Positions 12,978 through 27,331 of a DNA stretch of 64,000 nucleotides are shown one piece after another. The notes beneath the pieces were generated by a model that was given only the letters and a program-made list of their open reading frames with translations, searched no databases and was not told the DNA's origin. Position numbers and translations under genes: made by a program. This DNA is from Octopus vulgaris. Its lineage: Eukaryota. The DNA is taken from positions 24,428,001 to 24,492,000 of the forward strand of contig OX597820.1 of assembly GCA_951406725.2 (NCBI GenBank), in the 5' to 3' direction. How positions within the stretch are numbered: the first letter of the stretch is position 1; each line of letters starts with the position of its first letter.

Positions 12978-13315
12978 TTTTATGTTTGACTTTTGCTTTA
13001 CACTTGTACAAGTTGGCTCCGAGTCTCACCCAGAGACCTCAAGAGACCACAAGCTGGAAGTTCATGTTGGTGTTATGCCTAGGGTGCCATATATTTGGTT
13101 TTGTACATAGTATTGTTCTAAAGAATGTCTAAGAAACCATAAGAAATTTATGTTTGTTTTAAAACTTTAGATTACATAGAAAGTATTTTGTGTAGGATAT
13201 GAGCAGTTCCCATGAGCACTATCTTTTCAATATCTGCCATTTTGGGGTTTCCTGGTATCTGAGCTAGGTAGCAATCAGCCTCTTTTGCTATCATTCCCAG
13301 GGCACCTATAACAAC
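12978..13315 (-). mobile_element. R4/Dong-like element of a second family, 3' fragment
   Basis: 13315-13172 translates VVIGALGMIAKEADCYLAQIPGNPKMADIEKIVLMGTAHILHKILSM*, homologous to the copy 1 C-terminus but with a different 3' UTR; (TTA)n flanks. Confidence 0.85.
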
Positions 13316-13367
<52 letters not shown>

Positions 13368-13490
13368 AATAGTATTAGTAGTAGTATTGCGTGAAAAATC
13401 AGTGCACGCTATCAAGGTGGACCCATGATGTATTCTATCCACATGATATATGCAGACATATATATGTCTATACATCTATATGTATGTATG

Positions 13491-13538
<48 letters not shown>

Positions 13539-13583
13539 AATATATATATACATATATATATATAAATATATATATACATATAA

Positions 13584-13635
<52 letters not shown>

Positions 13636-14182
13636 ACGCGCACACAATATACACTCACATGGTGACAGTTGAGGCAACCGCACCGTGACCGCTTCGAGGT
13701 TCCCCAGACGAGATCTAGTTTCATCTATAACTGTAGACATTGTCAGTGAGGATTGCTCGAAGGCGCATGATCGGCTAATTCCGTCTGCTGGCATATATAC
13801 ATTTACCATAAAATGTTACGGATGATTTAGCGAAATGCTAACGCGTATAATAAAAATTAATATATATAAACAGCCAGGCGCAATGCGATACCATAAAGAT
13901 ATATATGTATATATATACATATATCTGTGTGTGTGTCTCTTTCTATATATATATATATATATACATATATATATACAAACTGATAAATATTGTGTTTATT
14001 GTAGGTGTGTTTATGTGTAAATAAGAATAAGTGCCTACAAGTGTATAAATATATAATATATTAATATGCTTGTTTGGTGTGTGGCTGCCTGTGTGCTTGC
14101 ATATAACATACGTATTCGAATTAATCTTAGACATATTTTTGAAATAGGCATTTTTGACATGAAGAAGAAGGGAAATTCATAA

Positions 14183-14226
<44 letters not shown>

Positions 14227-14310
14227 CTACCTATCTATCTATCTATCTATCTATCTACACAGAGATATGTGTATGTGTGTATACATACATGCATGCATAC
14301 ATACATACAT

Positions 14311-14360
<50 letters not shown>

Positions 14361-15119
14361 CTTTTCTTTTTCTCAATACACACACACTCACACATACACA
14401 CACACATATATGTATGTATGTGTATGTGTATGGAGAAAGAGGAAACAATATACATACACACACAAACATAAACGCACACATACACACACACATATGTATG
14501 TTGTATGTATGTATATATGTATATATATATATATATTTATACACACACAAACACACAGACACAGACACACACACACACATACACACATACACGCACACAC
14601 ACATACATATATATATATATGAAACGACTATTATGCTCCTTTTGTCGTTTACACATTTGTAATCTTTCAGAAAACTGCAGTATTAGTTTAAATTGATTTC
14701 AAACGTCGTGTTCAGAAATATTTGATTTCTGTTTTTTTTCTGTTTCAATGCCTATAAATGGACTAATGCAATGAAAAATTGTGTTTGTTTGCTTGTTTGT
14801 TATATATTGTTTTTAGCAAGACATAAATATACGAGTAATATTACTTATAGTGATAGGCATGTAAATTTATGTCTTCTTGTTAAAGACATAAAATTTAGTC
14901 CTAGATATGTAATGACCCGGAAAAAGGCGGGATTGAAGGTGGGTGAGAGGTCTCTAATCATAGGCCGGCTTAGTCATGTCTTAGCTTGAACTGAGAAACT
15001 AATATAATAACACACAATTATTAATGTACACACATACACACAAACATACACATACTTTCATGCGCATGCTGTTGCTCAGCTTGCAATGCCTTAATATATT
15101 TGTAATTATTTGTGTGATT

Positions 15120-15370
15120 CTTGCCGGGTCAAGGCACTTTAGAAGCATGTGATCTTGGGTTCAGTCCCGTTGCGCGGCATCTCGAACGTATGTCTTCTAC
15201 TGTAGCCCCAGGCCGACCAATACCTTGTGAGCGAATATGAGAAACGGAAACCGTGTGGAAGCTCTGTATATGTTTACATATATATATATATATATATACA
15301 TGTGTGTGTGTGTATGTATGTATGTGTGTTTGTGTGAATGTGTGTGTGTGTGTGTGTATGTACGTACACA

Positions 15371-15419
<49 letters not shown>

Positions 15420-15565
15420 CGGTTCGGCAAAAGAGACCGATAGAATAAGTACTGGGCTTACAAAAGAATAAGTTCCGGGGTCGAGTTGCTCGATTGAAGG
15501 CGGTGCTCCAGCATGGCCGCAGTCAAATGACTGAAACAAGTAAAAGAGAAAAAAAGAGAAAGAGA
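15120..15565 (+). mobile_element. SINE family A with internal microsatellite and deletion
   Basis: gggttcagtcccgttgcgcggca head remnant; tail gcggttcggcaaaagagaccgatag...gactgaaacaagtaaaagag. Confidence 0.85.
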
Positions 15566-16690
15566 AATATATGATGAAGGAGACGTTCTCTGAAAATGAA
15601 TTTGAAGATTAATTTTTTACTCGAAAGAATGAACCCCTGAAACGGCCATAGGAATATTTTCTTTTAATATATAACCTAAAATATCTTTTTGACGCCTATT
15701 ATTTTCTCTTCACTATTTTTCTTAAAAAAAGACATTTTTATCTACAATCCTACACATCATCTTTCAACTACAGTAGTGGTTAATAATCTTAAGGTCGCAA
15801 TATACTCACACACAGCATCTTTCAGCGCTTGTCACCAATTCAGTTCGTAACCAAATTGAAAATCGTTAACATTTTTGAAGAGGACCGGGCTCTAGCGGCA
15901 TTTTGGCACAAAAATTGAGATTTGATCCAGTAGAACAAGGTTTATATCAAAATTTGTAGCAACGTAATAGGAGATTAAGTAACGCCACCAGTCAAGTTTA
16001 AATAAAGATCTAAATAACTTTTTTTTATATTTTAAAATCAAAATATATTTATGTTAGTTTCAGTGATAGGAGAAAACATGAGGAATTTCATAGTTTTGGT
16101 CCCATGCGATAAAAATTTGAATCAAAAAAGTTGTGAGGTAAATTATCATGTAGAAAATGTAAGGCAAAAAATTGGATTTAACTATAATCAACTATTTTTT
16201 ATTTTAAAAATAAACTATATTTTAATTAAGCTTAAATGATAGAGCTCAATTCGAGGAATTTCATAGTATCAACCTCATGCAATGAAGTTTTAAAAGAAAA
16301 TAAAAGTTATGAGTGTTTGTTTCTGGAATTTGAGGGTGATAATATAGTTCTATACATCAAGGAGACTTTTAATATATGTCACCGGCGTCATTGAGGTAAG
16401 GAATAAAATTATCAACGACACCGCTAATTGACGTATTTGATACATTATTAATTAGCATAATAGCATTGCCTGGAAAAAACATGGATTATATAGAGAAATC
16501 CGACCAAGAGAAATAATATTCTTAAGATTGTAAACCTGGAAAATTACAGAACAGGTTATTACACTTGGAAAACTTCAGGACAATTTATTACGTCTGGTAA
16601 AGTACAGAACAAGAACATTTTTTTCTTAAAATATTGCAGCTAAGAATAAAATTTCAAATAAAATAGTTTAAGTTAGAAAATATTGTTTGT

Positions 16691-17375
16691 TCCTTCTCGA
16701 GCCATGCCTGGCTCATAAGGGTCGGGGATCTTCTCGGTTTGAACGGCAGTTTTTAAAAATAATTTCCACGTATCTAAACACTTTAAACTTCGTATGTTGG
16801 TAGAATGTGTTTATAAAACACCTTTTTCTCTTGGCTTTATTGAGAAAATTCTATAGTTTGTAAGATATTTGTTGTTTTTTCTTCAATTTCTGCAATTTCA
16901 ACCAATCAATGACGTCTATCGAGGTGAAAACATTCTGTGCTGTATGTCCCTCGTTTAAGAAACAGATTGGGTTTATTTACATTTCTGAAGAAAAAAAGAT
17001 ACCCTTCCCCCACCCCTAACCCTAACCCTAAAACAGATTGAAATGCAATAGATAGATACTGGGATCATAATTATGGGTGACAATTTCATATGACACCGCT
17101 AGAAAAAACTGCCGTTCAAACCGAAAAGATCTAGGGCCTGTTCCCGGTTTCCTTGGCGTATAGGTTCCCCATCTGGACGGGACGCCGGTCCATCGCAGGC
17201 GAGCAGCAAGAGAGAGTGAGAGAAAGTTGTGGCGATAGAGTCAGCAGAAATTCGCCATTACCTTCTGCTGGAGCCGCGTGGAGCTTAGGTGTTTCGCTCA
17301 TAAACACACACATCGCCCGGTCTGAGATTCGAACTCGCGATCGCTCTGATCTTACTATTAGGCCATGTGCCTCCA
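16691..17375 (-). mobile_element. tRNA-derived SINE family D, interrupted by a TIR element
   Basis: Minus strand begins ggaggcacatggcctaatagtaag (A box)...gagttcgaatctc (B box); body is continuous across the 16726-17132 insertion. Confidence 0.65.
16726..17132. mobile_element. Non-autonomous DNA transposon (MITE) with ~29-bp TIRs and internal (CCCTAA)3
   Basis: GGATCTTCTCGGTTTGAACGGCAGTTTTT / AAAAACTGCCGTTCAAACCGAAAAGATCT; imperfect 8-bp TSD agggtcgg/agggcctg. Confidence 0.85.
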
Positions 17376-17919
17376 CTAGAAAAACATTAGCTTATATTAA
17401 AACTAAACATTTCATTACAAGTTATTACTTTTATTTGTTATTACTAATTACTTCTATTAAAAATTAAAAACAACTCAAAATATTTTTTGCACTTTAAAAA
17501 AGTCCATTTTAAAAATTATTTATTAATAATTAAAAATTTGAAAATAGGTTATAAAAATAATAGTAGTACATAATTAGTTAGTACAATAAATAGAATGATA
17601 GAAAAATTAGTTATTTATTACAGCAAAATCTACCTATAACAAGAATAAAATTTGCTTGAGTTATTGCCAAATATTCGCAATTTTAGTGTTGACTCAATGC
17701 GTATTTTTCACATAATGAATTTGCTTACCATATATACTATTCTGTTTAGAATAAAACTTTAGCTATATTGGTACTTCTGGGTCTGATTTTTAAAGTATTC
17801 TAGTGTGTCAATAGTTTACCAAAATGATGGTACCTTGTTTTAATTATAATATTACTTTGTAAATTAAAATCAAATAATTTTTAATGTTCAAATTCTATGC
17901 TTAGCTGCAATATTTTAGT

Positions 17920-18163
17920 CACGGGGACGTAAACATACCAACATCGGTTGTCAAGCGTCATTGAGAGACACACAAATAAATACATACATACATATATATA
18001 TACGACGCGGTTCTTTCAGTTTCCGTCTATCAAATCCACTCACAAGGTCTTAGTCGGCCCAAGGGTATAGTAGAAGACACTCGCCCAAGCTGCCACGTAG
18101 TGAGACTGAACCCGGAACCATGTGGTTGGGAAGCAAGCTTCTTATCACACAGCCACGCCTGCA

Positions 18164-18165
<2 letters not shown>
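17920..18165 (-). mobile_element. SINE family A
   Basis: Reverse complement of the head and central region of the 53424 copy. Confidence 0.85.
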
Positions 18166-18233
<68 letters not shown>

Positions 18234-18876
18234 CATATATATATGTATATATATATATACACATATTATACACATACATATATACATATTCATACATATA
18301 TGAATACATGTATGAATACACATATATGTATACATATGTGTGTATGTGTGTGTGTGTAAAACCTTAGTGAGCGACAAATACCTGCTTTAGCAGAAATCAG
18401 ATTTCCTCTTGAAATCTCAATTTTTATGTGAGCATTTACCTACAAACTGCTTGAGGGTGTTGTTGATGTCGATGTACAAACCGCTCTCTTTATATGATTT
18501 AAACTATACAATGTCAATTCTACACATATAACTGTTTGGCTTTGCTTACTTTACTAATAACGGAAAGTATGAAGATGCAAGACTATGTCAATGCTTACTG
18601 ATATGAAACGATAAAATTTAATCATTCGCCAGTTTGAATAGCACGATTTTCGAACTTGCCATTAAACTAATTTTCTATAAAACAAATTATATTAAAACAT
18701 TTGAAATATTAGCTTTGAAAATATTGCTTCTACCACTTACGACTCCTCAAGGTCAATGACACAACGTATCGAATTATGCATTATAGATTTGTATGGCCAT
18801 AATTATCGTCTGCATTATATTTATTTGCTAAGTAGAAACACTATATTCAATTATTTAGAAATATATGTTGTTTGCG

Positions 18877-18910
<34 letters not shown>

Positions 18911-19050
18911 TATTTTGTTGGACTCCGGGCTAGGGATTAAATATGCTAACACGTTGAGTTATTCATTCTAATTATTGTAATTAGATTTTTATGAAAATGT
19001 TGCTCTAAGACACAGTGCTGCGCATGCGTTTGCTTATACACATATATATA

Positions 19051-19105
<55 letters not shown>

Positions 19106-19127
19106 GTGTGTGCGTGTGTTTGTGTAT

Positions 19128-19325
19128 AGGTAATCCAAGTATGAACAAGCAAGAAAAAACTACAACGCGAGGACCTGGAATAAGTGCAGTGTTATTGAAC
19201 GCTCAGGAAAGGAAAGAAAAGAAAGAGGATTACACGTTTCGAGTGGAGCTCTTCATGAGAAATATAGAAAAAGTCCAAAGAATGGAAGACGGAGAAAGAA
19301 AATTGTCAACGATACACACGAAATC
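19128..19325 (-). mobile_element. Probable PLE pLTR remnant with mutated hammerhead
   Basis: Minus: CTCATGA-AGAGCTCCACTC-GAAAC-GT-GTA (19259-19231); same family as 60890-61015. Confidence 0.55.
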
Positions 19326-19446
19326 ACATATTGTAATATATGTATGTATATATATATATATATATATAATTATGTAGGATAACATTTTTTTCGAGAAAAA
19401 AAAAATTATCAATGGCCAGCATATAAAAAATACCTTTAAAGGTTAA

Positions 19447-19532
<86 letters not shown>

Positions 19533-19689
19533 ATATATATATACGTATATATATATACGTATATATATATATATATGTATATATGTATATATATATATGT
19601 ATATATATATGTGTATATATATATGCATGTATGTATATGTATGTAAATGTAATATGTATATGCATGTATATGTAATATGTATGTATATA

Positions 19690-19725
<36 letters not shown>

Positions 19726-20024
19726 CATAATACACATAAATACACGCATACATACAAATATATCTGTATAAACACGCAATGCACTATTCCTTGGGCAACA
19801 CGTTCATTGAAGCATGATTAGACAACCCAGAATAAAGAACTCAACTTGGTGGAATATTTGATCGATGACCCTGAGTCCAAGAAAATATATTGCTTCTCCC
19901 GTCCCTAAGTCACTCAACAACTGCTCCTGCCGAGCTTACGTCAACGGGATAATCTCTTGGATTTACGGTTATCAATTAAACTTGCCAACTTGTACACATA
20001 TATACATAAATACATACATACATT

Positions 20025-20073
<49 letters not shown>

Positions 20074-20116
20074 GTATATATAAGTGTATGTGTATATGTA
20101 AATATGTATGTATATA

Positions 20117-20332
20117 CTGGGTTGTCCGGAAAGTTCGTGCCGATTTTTAAAGGAAAGAAAAAAGGTCAATAAATACTTGCCATTACATTTTTAATCAACT
20201 AAATGTGAACCATTTTGTTGCGCAATCATTCCTTTAACATGAAAGTACCTTCTTCCCAGAACTGAGGTGCCTGGGAGGGTAAGTCGAAAGGTAAGCTACT
20301 ATATATCGGCACGAACTTTTCGGACAACCCAA
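20117..20332. mobile_element. Mariner-type MITE
   Basis: TIRs ctgggttgtccggaaagttcgtgccgat / atcggcacgaacttttcggacaacccaa, each flanked by TA. Confidence 0.9.
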
Positions 20333-20559
20333 TACATATGCTTCCATGTACGGGAAGAACATGTGCCTGTAAGGAATTCACATTTATAAGAATATGTATT
20401 GGCTTATTAAAATACCCGTAATACATGAACAATACACACACACACACATAGAAATACACATGTATGTGTGTGTGAATGTGTATTTATATATTCGTGCATG
20501 TATGTGTGTGTGTGTGTAGCATCATAAACATGCCTCAAGACATCTATAGAAGTAGTTTA

Positions 20560-20870
20560 TAAACAGATCTCTAGTTTACTATAAAACCATTTCAATAATA
20601 CTAAAGATTCGCTGGAACGAAATCAGTGTTCGTTATTAGCAGAAGCGGAAGGCAAATTCCTGTTTTTGCCCTGTAGCATTTTGATCTTTGATCGCTAGGA
20701 CTACGATGTTGAATTCATTCTTTACTTTTATTCTTGGAAACCTTTCCCTCGGGGTTGATCGAAGAATCTGATTGCCATTGGACACTATCGTATGTGGAAC
20801 TATAAACCTCTCAAACAATATTCAATTTGTTCAGATTATAATCACTATGCATCTTAAAGCCATATTTTTT
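20560..20870 (-). pseudogene. Degenerate Gypsy-like integrase fragment
   Basis: LFERFIVPHTIVSNGNQ resembles the integrase LFxRFGxPxxIVSDNGxQF motif; heavily decayed. Confidence 0.45.
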
Positions 20871-20919
20871 GAAATAATAATTATTATTAGTAGTAGTTAG
20901 GATTATTATTATTATCATT

Positions 20920-21748
20920 CAGTAGTTTTATTTTTATAACGTGCTTTCATTTCACTACCAAGCGCAGCTCTGTGTGCCTTGGGTATGTGCTGTGATTTGT
21001 TGTGATGCTCTGATGGTTACTGTATGGAAAGTGTTTTGCGTAGGATGTGTGCATGGCCTAGTAGTGCAATTTTCTGTATGTTATATGTGTTTGTAAGTCC
21101 TGGTGTTTTTGTTATGTATTTGTCTGAATATTTTTTTATCATGCCTAATGCACCTACTATGATAGGAATTTTTTCTGTTTTTAGATTCCACATTCTAGTT
21201 ACCTCTATTTCCAGGTCTTTGTATTTTGAAAGTTTCTCCATTTCTTTTAGAGACATGTTGTCATCTGCTGGTATTGATACATCAATTAGAAAGCATTTTT
21301 TTCTTCATGATCTCAAACAACTATATCTAGTCTGTTGGCCTTAATTTCTCTATCTGTGTGTATTGGCATATCCCAGAGTATGGTTGCTTTTTCGTTTTCT
21401 GTGACCTTTTCTGGTGTGTGCCTACACCATCTTTTTTCTGTTGTTATTCCATAATGTCGGCATAGCTTTCAGCGTATGTAGGTCTCAACTCTGTCGTATC
21501 TGTGAATATATTCCTTCTTAGCCAGGACTGGGCAGCCAGAGATAATATGATTTATTGTTTCTTGTCCATCTCCACATATTCTGCAGTTACTTGTAATATT
21601 TCTTTTCATTACATGTTTTTGGTAATTTCTGGTGGGGAGGCTTTGGTCTTGTGCTGCAATTAAAAATCCCTCTGTTTTTGCTTTGAGTCCTGAGCTTCTC
21701 AACCATTGCTGGGATTTTTCTTTGTCTATTTCTTTTGCGTTTAGTTTA

Positions 21749-21750
<2 letters not shown>
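20920..21750 (-). mobile_element. R4/Dong-like element, copy 3 (longest)
   Basis: TEGFLIAAQDQSLPTRNY...CRICGDGQETINHIISGC (CCHC) plus RLE domain and the same 3' end as copy 1; (TTA)n at the 5' truncation. Confidence 0.92.
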
Positions 21751-21817
<67 letters not shown>

Positions 21818-21838
21818 TAGTCTTTTGCGTTTAGTTTA

Positions 21839-21899
<61 letters not shown>

Positions 21900-22522
21900 A
21901 CCCTGCAAGCAGAATCTTTATCACGCAGGACAAAATTCTTAGTAGCATTTCATCCGTTTTCATGCTCTGAGTTCAAATCCCGCCGAGGTCGACTTGCTTT
22001 TTATCCTTTCGGGGTAGATAAATCAAGTACCAGTAAGACACTGGAGTCGGTGTAATCGACTCGTCCCCTCCTACAATATTTCAGACCTTGTTTCTATAGT
22101 AAAAAGGATAATTATTATTATTAATGCTGCCAATTGGCAGAATCGTAGCACGCCGAGCGATATGTTTAGTGACATATCGTCCGTCTTCACATTCTGAGTT
22201 CAAATTCTGCCAAGGTAAACATTGCCTTTCATCCTTTCGGGGTCGATAAATTAAGTACCAACATTGCAGTCGATCTAATCGACTTACTTCTTCCCCTAAC
22301 TATTATTATTAATATTAAGGCGGTGAGCTGGCAGAATTGTTATCACTCGGAGTAAAGATATATGGCGGCATTTCGTGCGTCTTTCTTTCTGATTTTAAAA
22401 ATTTGACGTAGTCGATTTTGCCTCCAATCCTTTCGTGTTCGATAAATTAAGTACCATTTGAGCACTGGAGTCGATGTAATCGACTTCTCCGCTATTAAAA
22501 TTACTGGCCTTATGCCAAAAAA
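21900..22522 (+). mobile_element. Cluster of three diverged head-to-tail SINE family B copies
   Basis: Three recurrences of ...tcctttcggggtcgataaattaagtacca-like central domains near 22000, 22230 and 22430. Confidence 0.8.
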
Positions 22523-22526
22523 ATTT

Positions 22527-22641
22527 CATCATCATCATCATCATCATCATCATCTTCTTCTTCTTCTTCTTCTTCTTCTTCTTCTTCTTCTTCTTCTTCT
22601 TCTTCTTCTTCTTCTTCTTCTTCTTCTTCTTCTTCTTCTTC
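22527..22641. repeat. (CAT)n-(CTT)n compound microsatellite
   Basis: Directly visible. Confidence 0.95.
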
Positions 22642-22888
22642 AGTCAGGTAGAGTCATGTAACTTGCCGAAAGAAAATGAAACCCAAACCCAAGTAACAAA
22701 ATATGAACCCAGATTTGCGTAAGACAAAAAGGAAAAAGAAATCAATATTGATTTTCCAATTTTAGTTAGAAGTAGGGTAGAAAAGGTAACTGGATGCACC
22801 TGAAACCGGCATATTATTGGCAATGTATTCAGAAGAATTTTGAATTGATAATTTTGAGAAGACGAAACACGTATTTTATATTTACGTA

Positions 22889-22943
<55 letters not shown>

Positions 22944-23028
22944 CGTCTGCTCGTCCAACCATCCATCTATTTATGTGTCTGTATCTCCCTGTCAGTCTAT
23001 TCATCCATGACTGTATCATTTTATTTAC

Positions 23029-23156
<128 letters not shown>

Positions 23157-23686
23157 TAACCTATCTATCTTTTTTATCTATCTATACAACTATATAGAAA
23201 GATAAATCGATCGATCTACCTCCTTCCATTCTCAGCTATTTTCTCTTATCAGTTGCAGCTGGATTGGAGACGATATTTCAGAAAATTTGGCATCTTATTT
23301 AGAATGATGTACTGCATATGAAAGAAATGCTAATTAAAAAGCTAACGCATTTTAATTAGTTAAAATATCACTCTTAGTAATGAGAAGAATAAATGATAAA
23401 TTCTTGTTATGAAATAGGAAGAGAAAACCCGCGAGATTGCGATTAATTAAAATAATTGAATATGGCGTACGTTGAGGTGTGAGCTCGGTTTTTAACAATA
23501 CAAGTCTGAAAATGTTTCCGTTTCATTAGACCTTCTCAGTGAAGTAAAATCTAAATTTTAATGTTAGATGTTATGTGACTAGGCAAACAAAAACTCACAA
23601 ACATACGTGCCCGCGTGTATGTAGATATGTTCCTGGTCATTTCGTCATTGATGAAACCACTAGGGCTTTAGAAATATCAACAAGTT

Positions 23687-23917
23687 TGTCTGTCTGTCCG
23701 TCTGTCTATCCGTCCGTCCGTCTGTCCGTCTGTCTGTCCGTCCGTCCGTCCGTCTGTCCGTCTGTCCGTCCGTCCGTTTGTCTGTCCGTCCGTCCGTCCG
23801 TCTGTCCGTCTGTTCGTCCGTCCGTCCGTCCGTCCGTTTGTCTGTCCGTCCGTCCGTCCGTCTGTCCGTCCGTCTGTCTTTCTGTCTGTCTGTCTGTCTG
23901 TCCGTCCGTCTGTCTGC

Positions 23918-23965
<48 letters not shown>

Positions 23966-23980
23966 ATATATATATATATA
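23687..23980. repeat. (GTCC/GTCT)n grading into (ATCT)n and (TA)n
   Basis: Directly visible. Confidence 0.95.
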
Positions 23981-25395
23981 AGAATAAATGTTTTTATATA
24001 TAAAGAACGTGAAATACAGGAAGGGACGAACACGGAACACAGACAAATCATTCGAAGCCTTACAATCTTCAGTCAGACACCGAATCATCATAGCAAATTT
24101 CGGCTGTTCAATTCTGATATTTGCTCCAACTCGGCCAGCCCCAAGAAAAAAACTAAGCTGTAAGCATTAGATTTCTTGGTAGAAGACAGGAATGTGAACG
24201 CACAAGACGGATGTAAATACAAGAGACGAAAACGAAATTGAAAACAGTAATGGATAAACAAAATATAACGATGGTTGTCTTACGACTTTAGACCAAATGA
24301 GACAAAAACAACAACAACATAGCAGCTGGCGTAGAAATAATTACCGTTTATATATACATAGATAGATAGATTGAGAATGAAAGAGAGACAAGCAAACAGA
24401 TGATGGATTATAGATGTACTAGTAATAAGCCTTATCTCTGTAAGGTTTATATTAACGATTGCAAGTGTCTGCGGAATACCCTGCCACTGACACAATGATT
24501 CAATGTGTAGGCTGCTGAGTAGATCGAACTATTGGAATGCTCATCGTCGAGAGCGACGGAACGTTTAATTAAAATACTGTGGTCCTTCAATCTCGCACTG
24601 AATGGAAGAGATTTTTCTCTACACAATGAAGGGAAATATACGTTGTAACATTCGTGTAGTGGCTGGTATATCTTAAAGCTTTTCGCCTTTAACCTTGGCT
24701 AATAGATGCACAGCTTTCATTGACACGAATATATCTCCTGTAAAGTAGCTTCGTGATTTGACTGGCCACGTGATTTGCTTGAACGTTTGATTTCATTGGC
24801 GTACAGCAGATACTCCTTCAATGCTCAGTCAGCTGTGCGATACACAGATATATTCAGATATAAATCACGTATGGAGACATATACAGGCAGAAAAACTTAC
24901 GTGCATGCATAGATATAGAGAGAGGCATATATGAACGCTTGTGAAAATTCAGTCACTTGCAGAGACACACGCGCACGCACTCAAACACATACATACACAC
25001 TGAAGCAGACTCATAGATGAATATATACGTATACATGCCTACGTACTTACATGCACACATATGTAATTTCATACACACTTATAGATACAAATATACATGC
25101 ATAACGAAATGTACTGGCACATCACCACGTGAGCATATACATACACAAATGAACTACACACACACACACATATATATATATATGTATACATATATATATA
25201 TATATATTTATATATACATCTATATATATGTATGTGTGTGTGCGTATGTGCGTGTGTGTGTATCTCTACACACACGCACACACATATATATGTACATATA
25301 TATACATATATATGTGTGTGTGTATGTATGTATGTATGTATGTATGTGTGTATATATATGTATACACACACATATATATATATGCATGCACACAA

Positions 25396-25431
<36 letters not shown>

Positions 25432-26198
25432 GCATATCTAAATACATACATATATGTGCATATGTGCATAAGTATATATATAGGAAGAGCGAGATAAATA
25501 GATTCATACATACATGCATACACACATACACACGCGTACATACATACATACATACATACATACATACATACATACATACATACATACATACATACATACA
25601 TACATACATACATACATACATACATGCATACATACATACGTACATACATACATACACACAGAAAAATACTACAATAGATTTAAAACAAATTCATATATCG
25701 AAATCTATAGACTTATATTATCCTACATACAAGCAAAAGACACAAAGAAACACTTTTATCCTTTCACAAAATGTAATGTCTCCTAGCGATTATCATTTAA
25801 TCGTATATATATATCCACTTATACATTCAAGAATATTGAAAGCCATTAGACGATATTTTCACAGAATATTTAAATAACTAACGGACATCTGTAATATTTT
25901 GAAACTTATGTATACCAGAAATATAAGAACGTGTTTGTATATGAATATACACATATTGACAGTTCTACACGCCTAACGCCATCATCTGACACCGTCTGTC
26001 TATCGGGATATCTGTCTGTTCCTCTCTCTCCACTGTCTGCCTGAGTCTCTCTGTCTGTCTGTCTCTCTCTCTCTGCATATATATATATATATATACATAC
26101 ACCCACAAATATATACTCGTATATATTATATTTATGCATATGTATGTGCACATGTACATGCATATGTATATGCAGATGTATACATATATATATATATG

Positions 26199-26266
<68 letters not shown>

Positions 26267-26588
26267 CACACGTCTCTGTGTGTGTATGAATAAATAAGTA
26301 TAGACACACATGCATATGTACATATATTGATACATGCTTAATTACTTGTCTGGTAACATAACTTTAAAGTATATGTTTATAGATACAGAAGTATTTACTA
26401 TCTGTGCGTGTATATATATATATATGTGTGTGTGTGTGTGCACGCGTGTGCTTAAGCGAGTTTCTCTGAATAATTTGCAAATATTCTTGCTAATATCGGC
26501 AAAGATTAACTTAACTGGGAAGCAAATAGAAATAATAATATCAGATTCATAAGTTATGTATGAAACAGTCCGTTGACGGACACACACA

Positions 26589-26657
<69 letters not shown>

Positions 26658-27008
26658 ATATATATTTGAGTGAGTGGACAACCAAAGATGGCTACTCAAC
26701 ACTTTTGATTAGGGTTATATGTTTTAATAACAATTTTATTAAGTCGTATGGAACCTAATCAAACAGTTTTATACATACACACGCACACACACACATATAT
26801 ATATACATATAAATACATACAAAACATTAAAAAAAATATATGCGTGTATATACATATATATGCATATACACATACATAATATATGTATATACTTACATAT
26901 ATATGTATATATATGCATATATGAGTACAGGACGTCACAAAACGTAAACAACATGAAATACGAAGATAAACTTTGGTATGCGAACAACGAGAGAAACAAC
27001 TGGAAAAC

Positions 27009-27150
27009 AAGGCATGTAACATAAAAAACGGCCCTTCATAAGTTTTCGGCTCTTCATCTACTCCAAATTTCGAACCGTTAATTGCTCGAAATGTGGAGTA
27101 GATGAACAGCCGACAGCTGACGAAGGGTCGCTCTTTATGTTACTTGCCTT
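27009..27150. repeat. Imperfect inverted repeat (~65-bp arms)
   Basis: aaggcatgtaacataaa...ctactccaaatttcga / tcgaaatgtggagtag...tttatgttacttgcctt with a 12-nt spacer. Confidence 0.85.
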
Positions 27151-27331
27151 CAGAGTCGAAAAAAATAATGCAGCTCCATCATCAGAAACTCTGAACAGCC
27201 ATACCCCTGTCATCACTGCGATCGGATATGTCGATCCCTCATTGGCCTTATCAGCCACGAACGAGCGTGCAAACAACGTTTGACCCTCACAATAGCCTTC
27301 CTAATCTTCGTCAACGAAGCTATTCCAAGTC

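Noticed and set aside
13650-13809. MVNVYMP motif like an APE endonuclease strand
   Set aside because: Isolated 6-7 residues; the remainder has no APE motifs.
19780-19990. Possible LTR-retrotransposon RNase H relic on the minus strand
   Set aside because: Resemblance too weak to support by eye.
23500-23545. Minus-strand CTGAGAAGG...GAAAC motif
   Set aside because: Core deviates from CUGANGA and the stems do not close convincingly.
24040-24115. Minus-strand GAAAT...CTGAAGA permuted hammerhead
   Set aside because: Could not build three stems; probably a repeat remnant.
24560-24860. Unique island as a possible miRNA or enhancer (similar islands near 7270-7440, 10480-10840, 47740-48030)
   Set aside because: No recognisable mature miRNA or clean hairpin, and conservation cannot be assessed from this window.
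25017-25877. 286-aa ORF and the many other YI/HT/CV/poly-I/L/S ORFs
   Set aside because: Translations of (TA)n, (CA)n, (CATA)n and trinucleotide tracts that lack stop codons; no protein signal.
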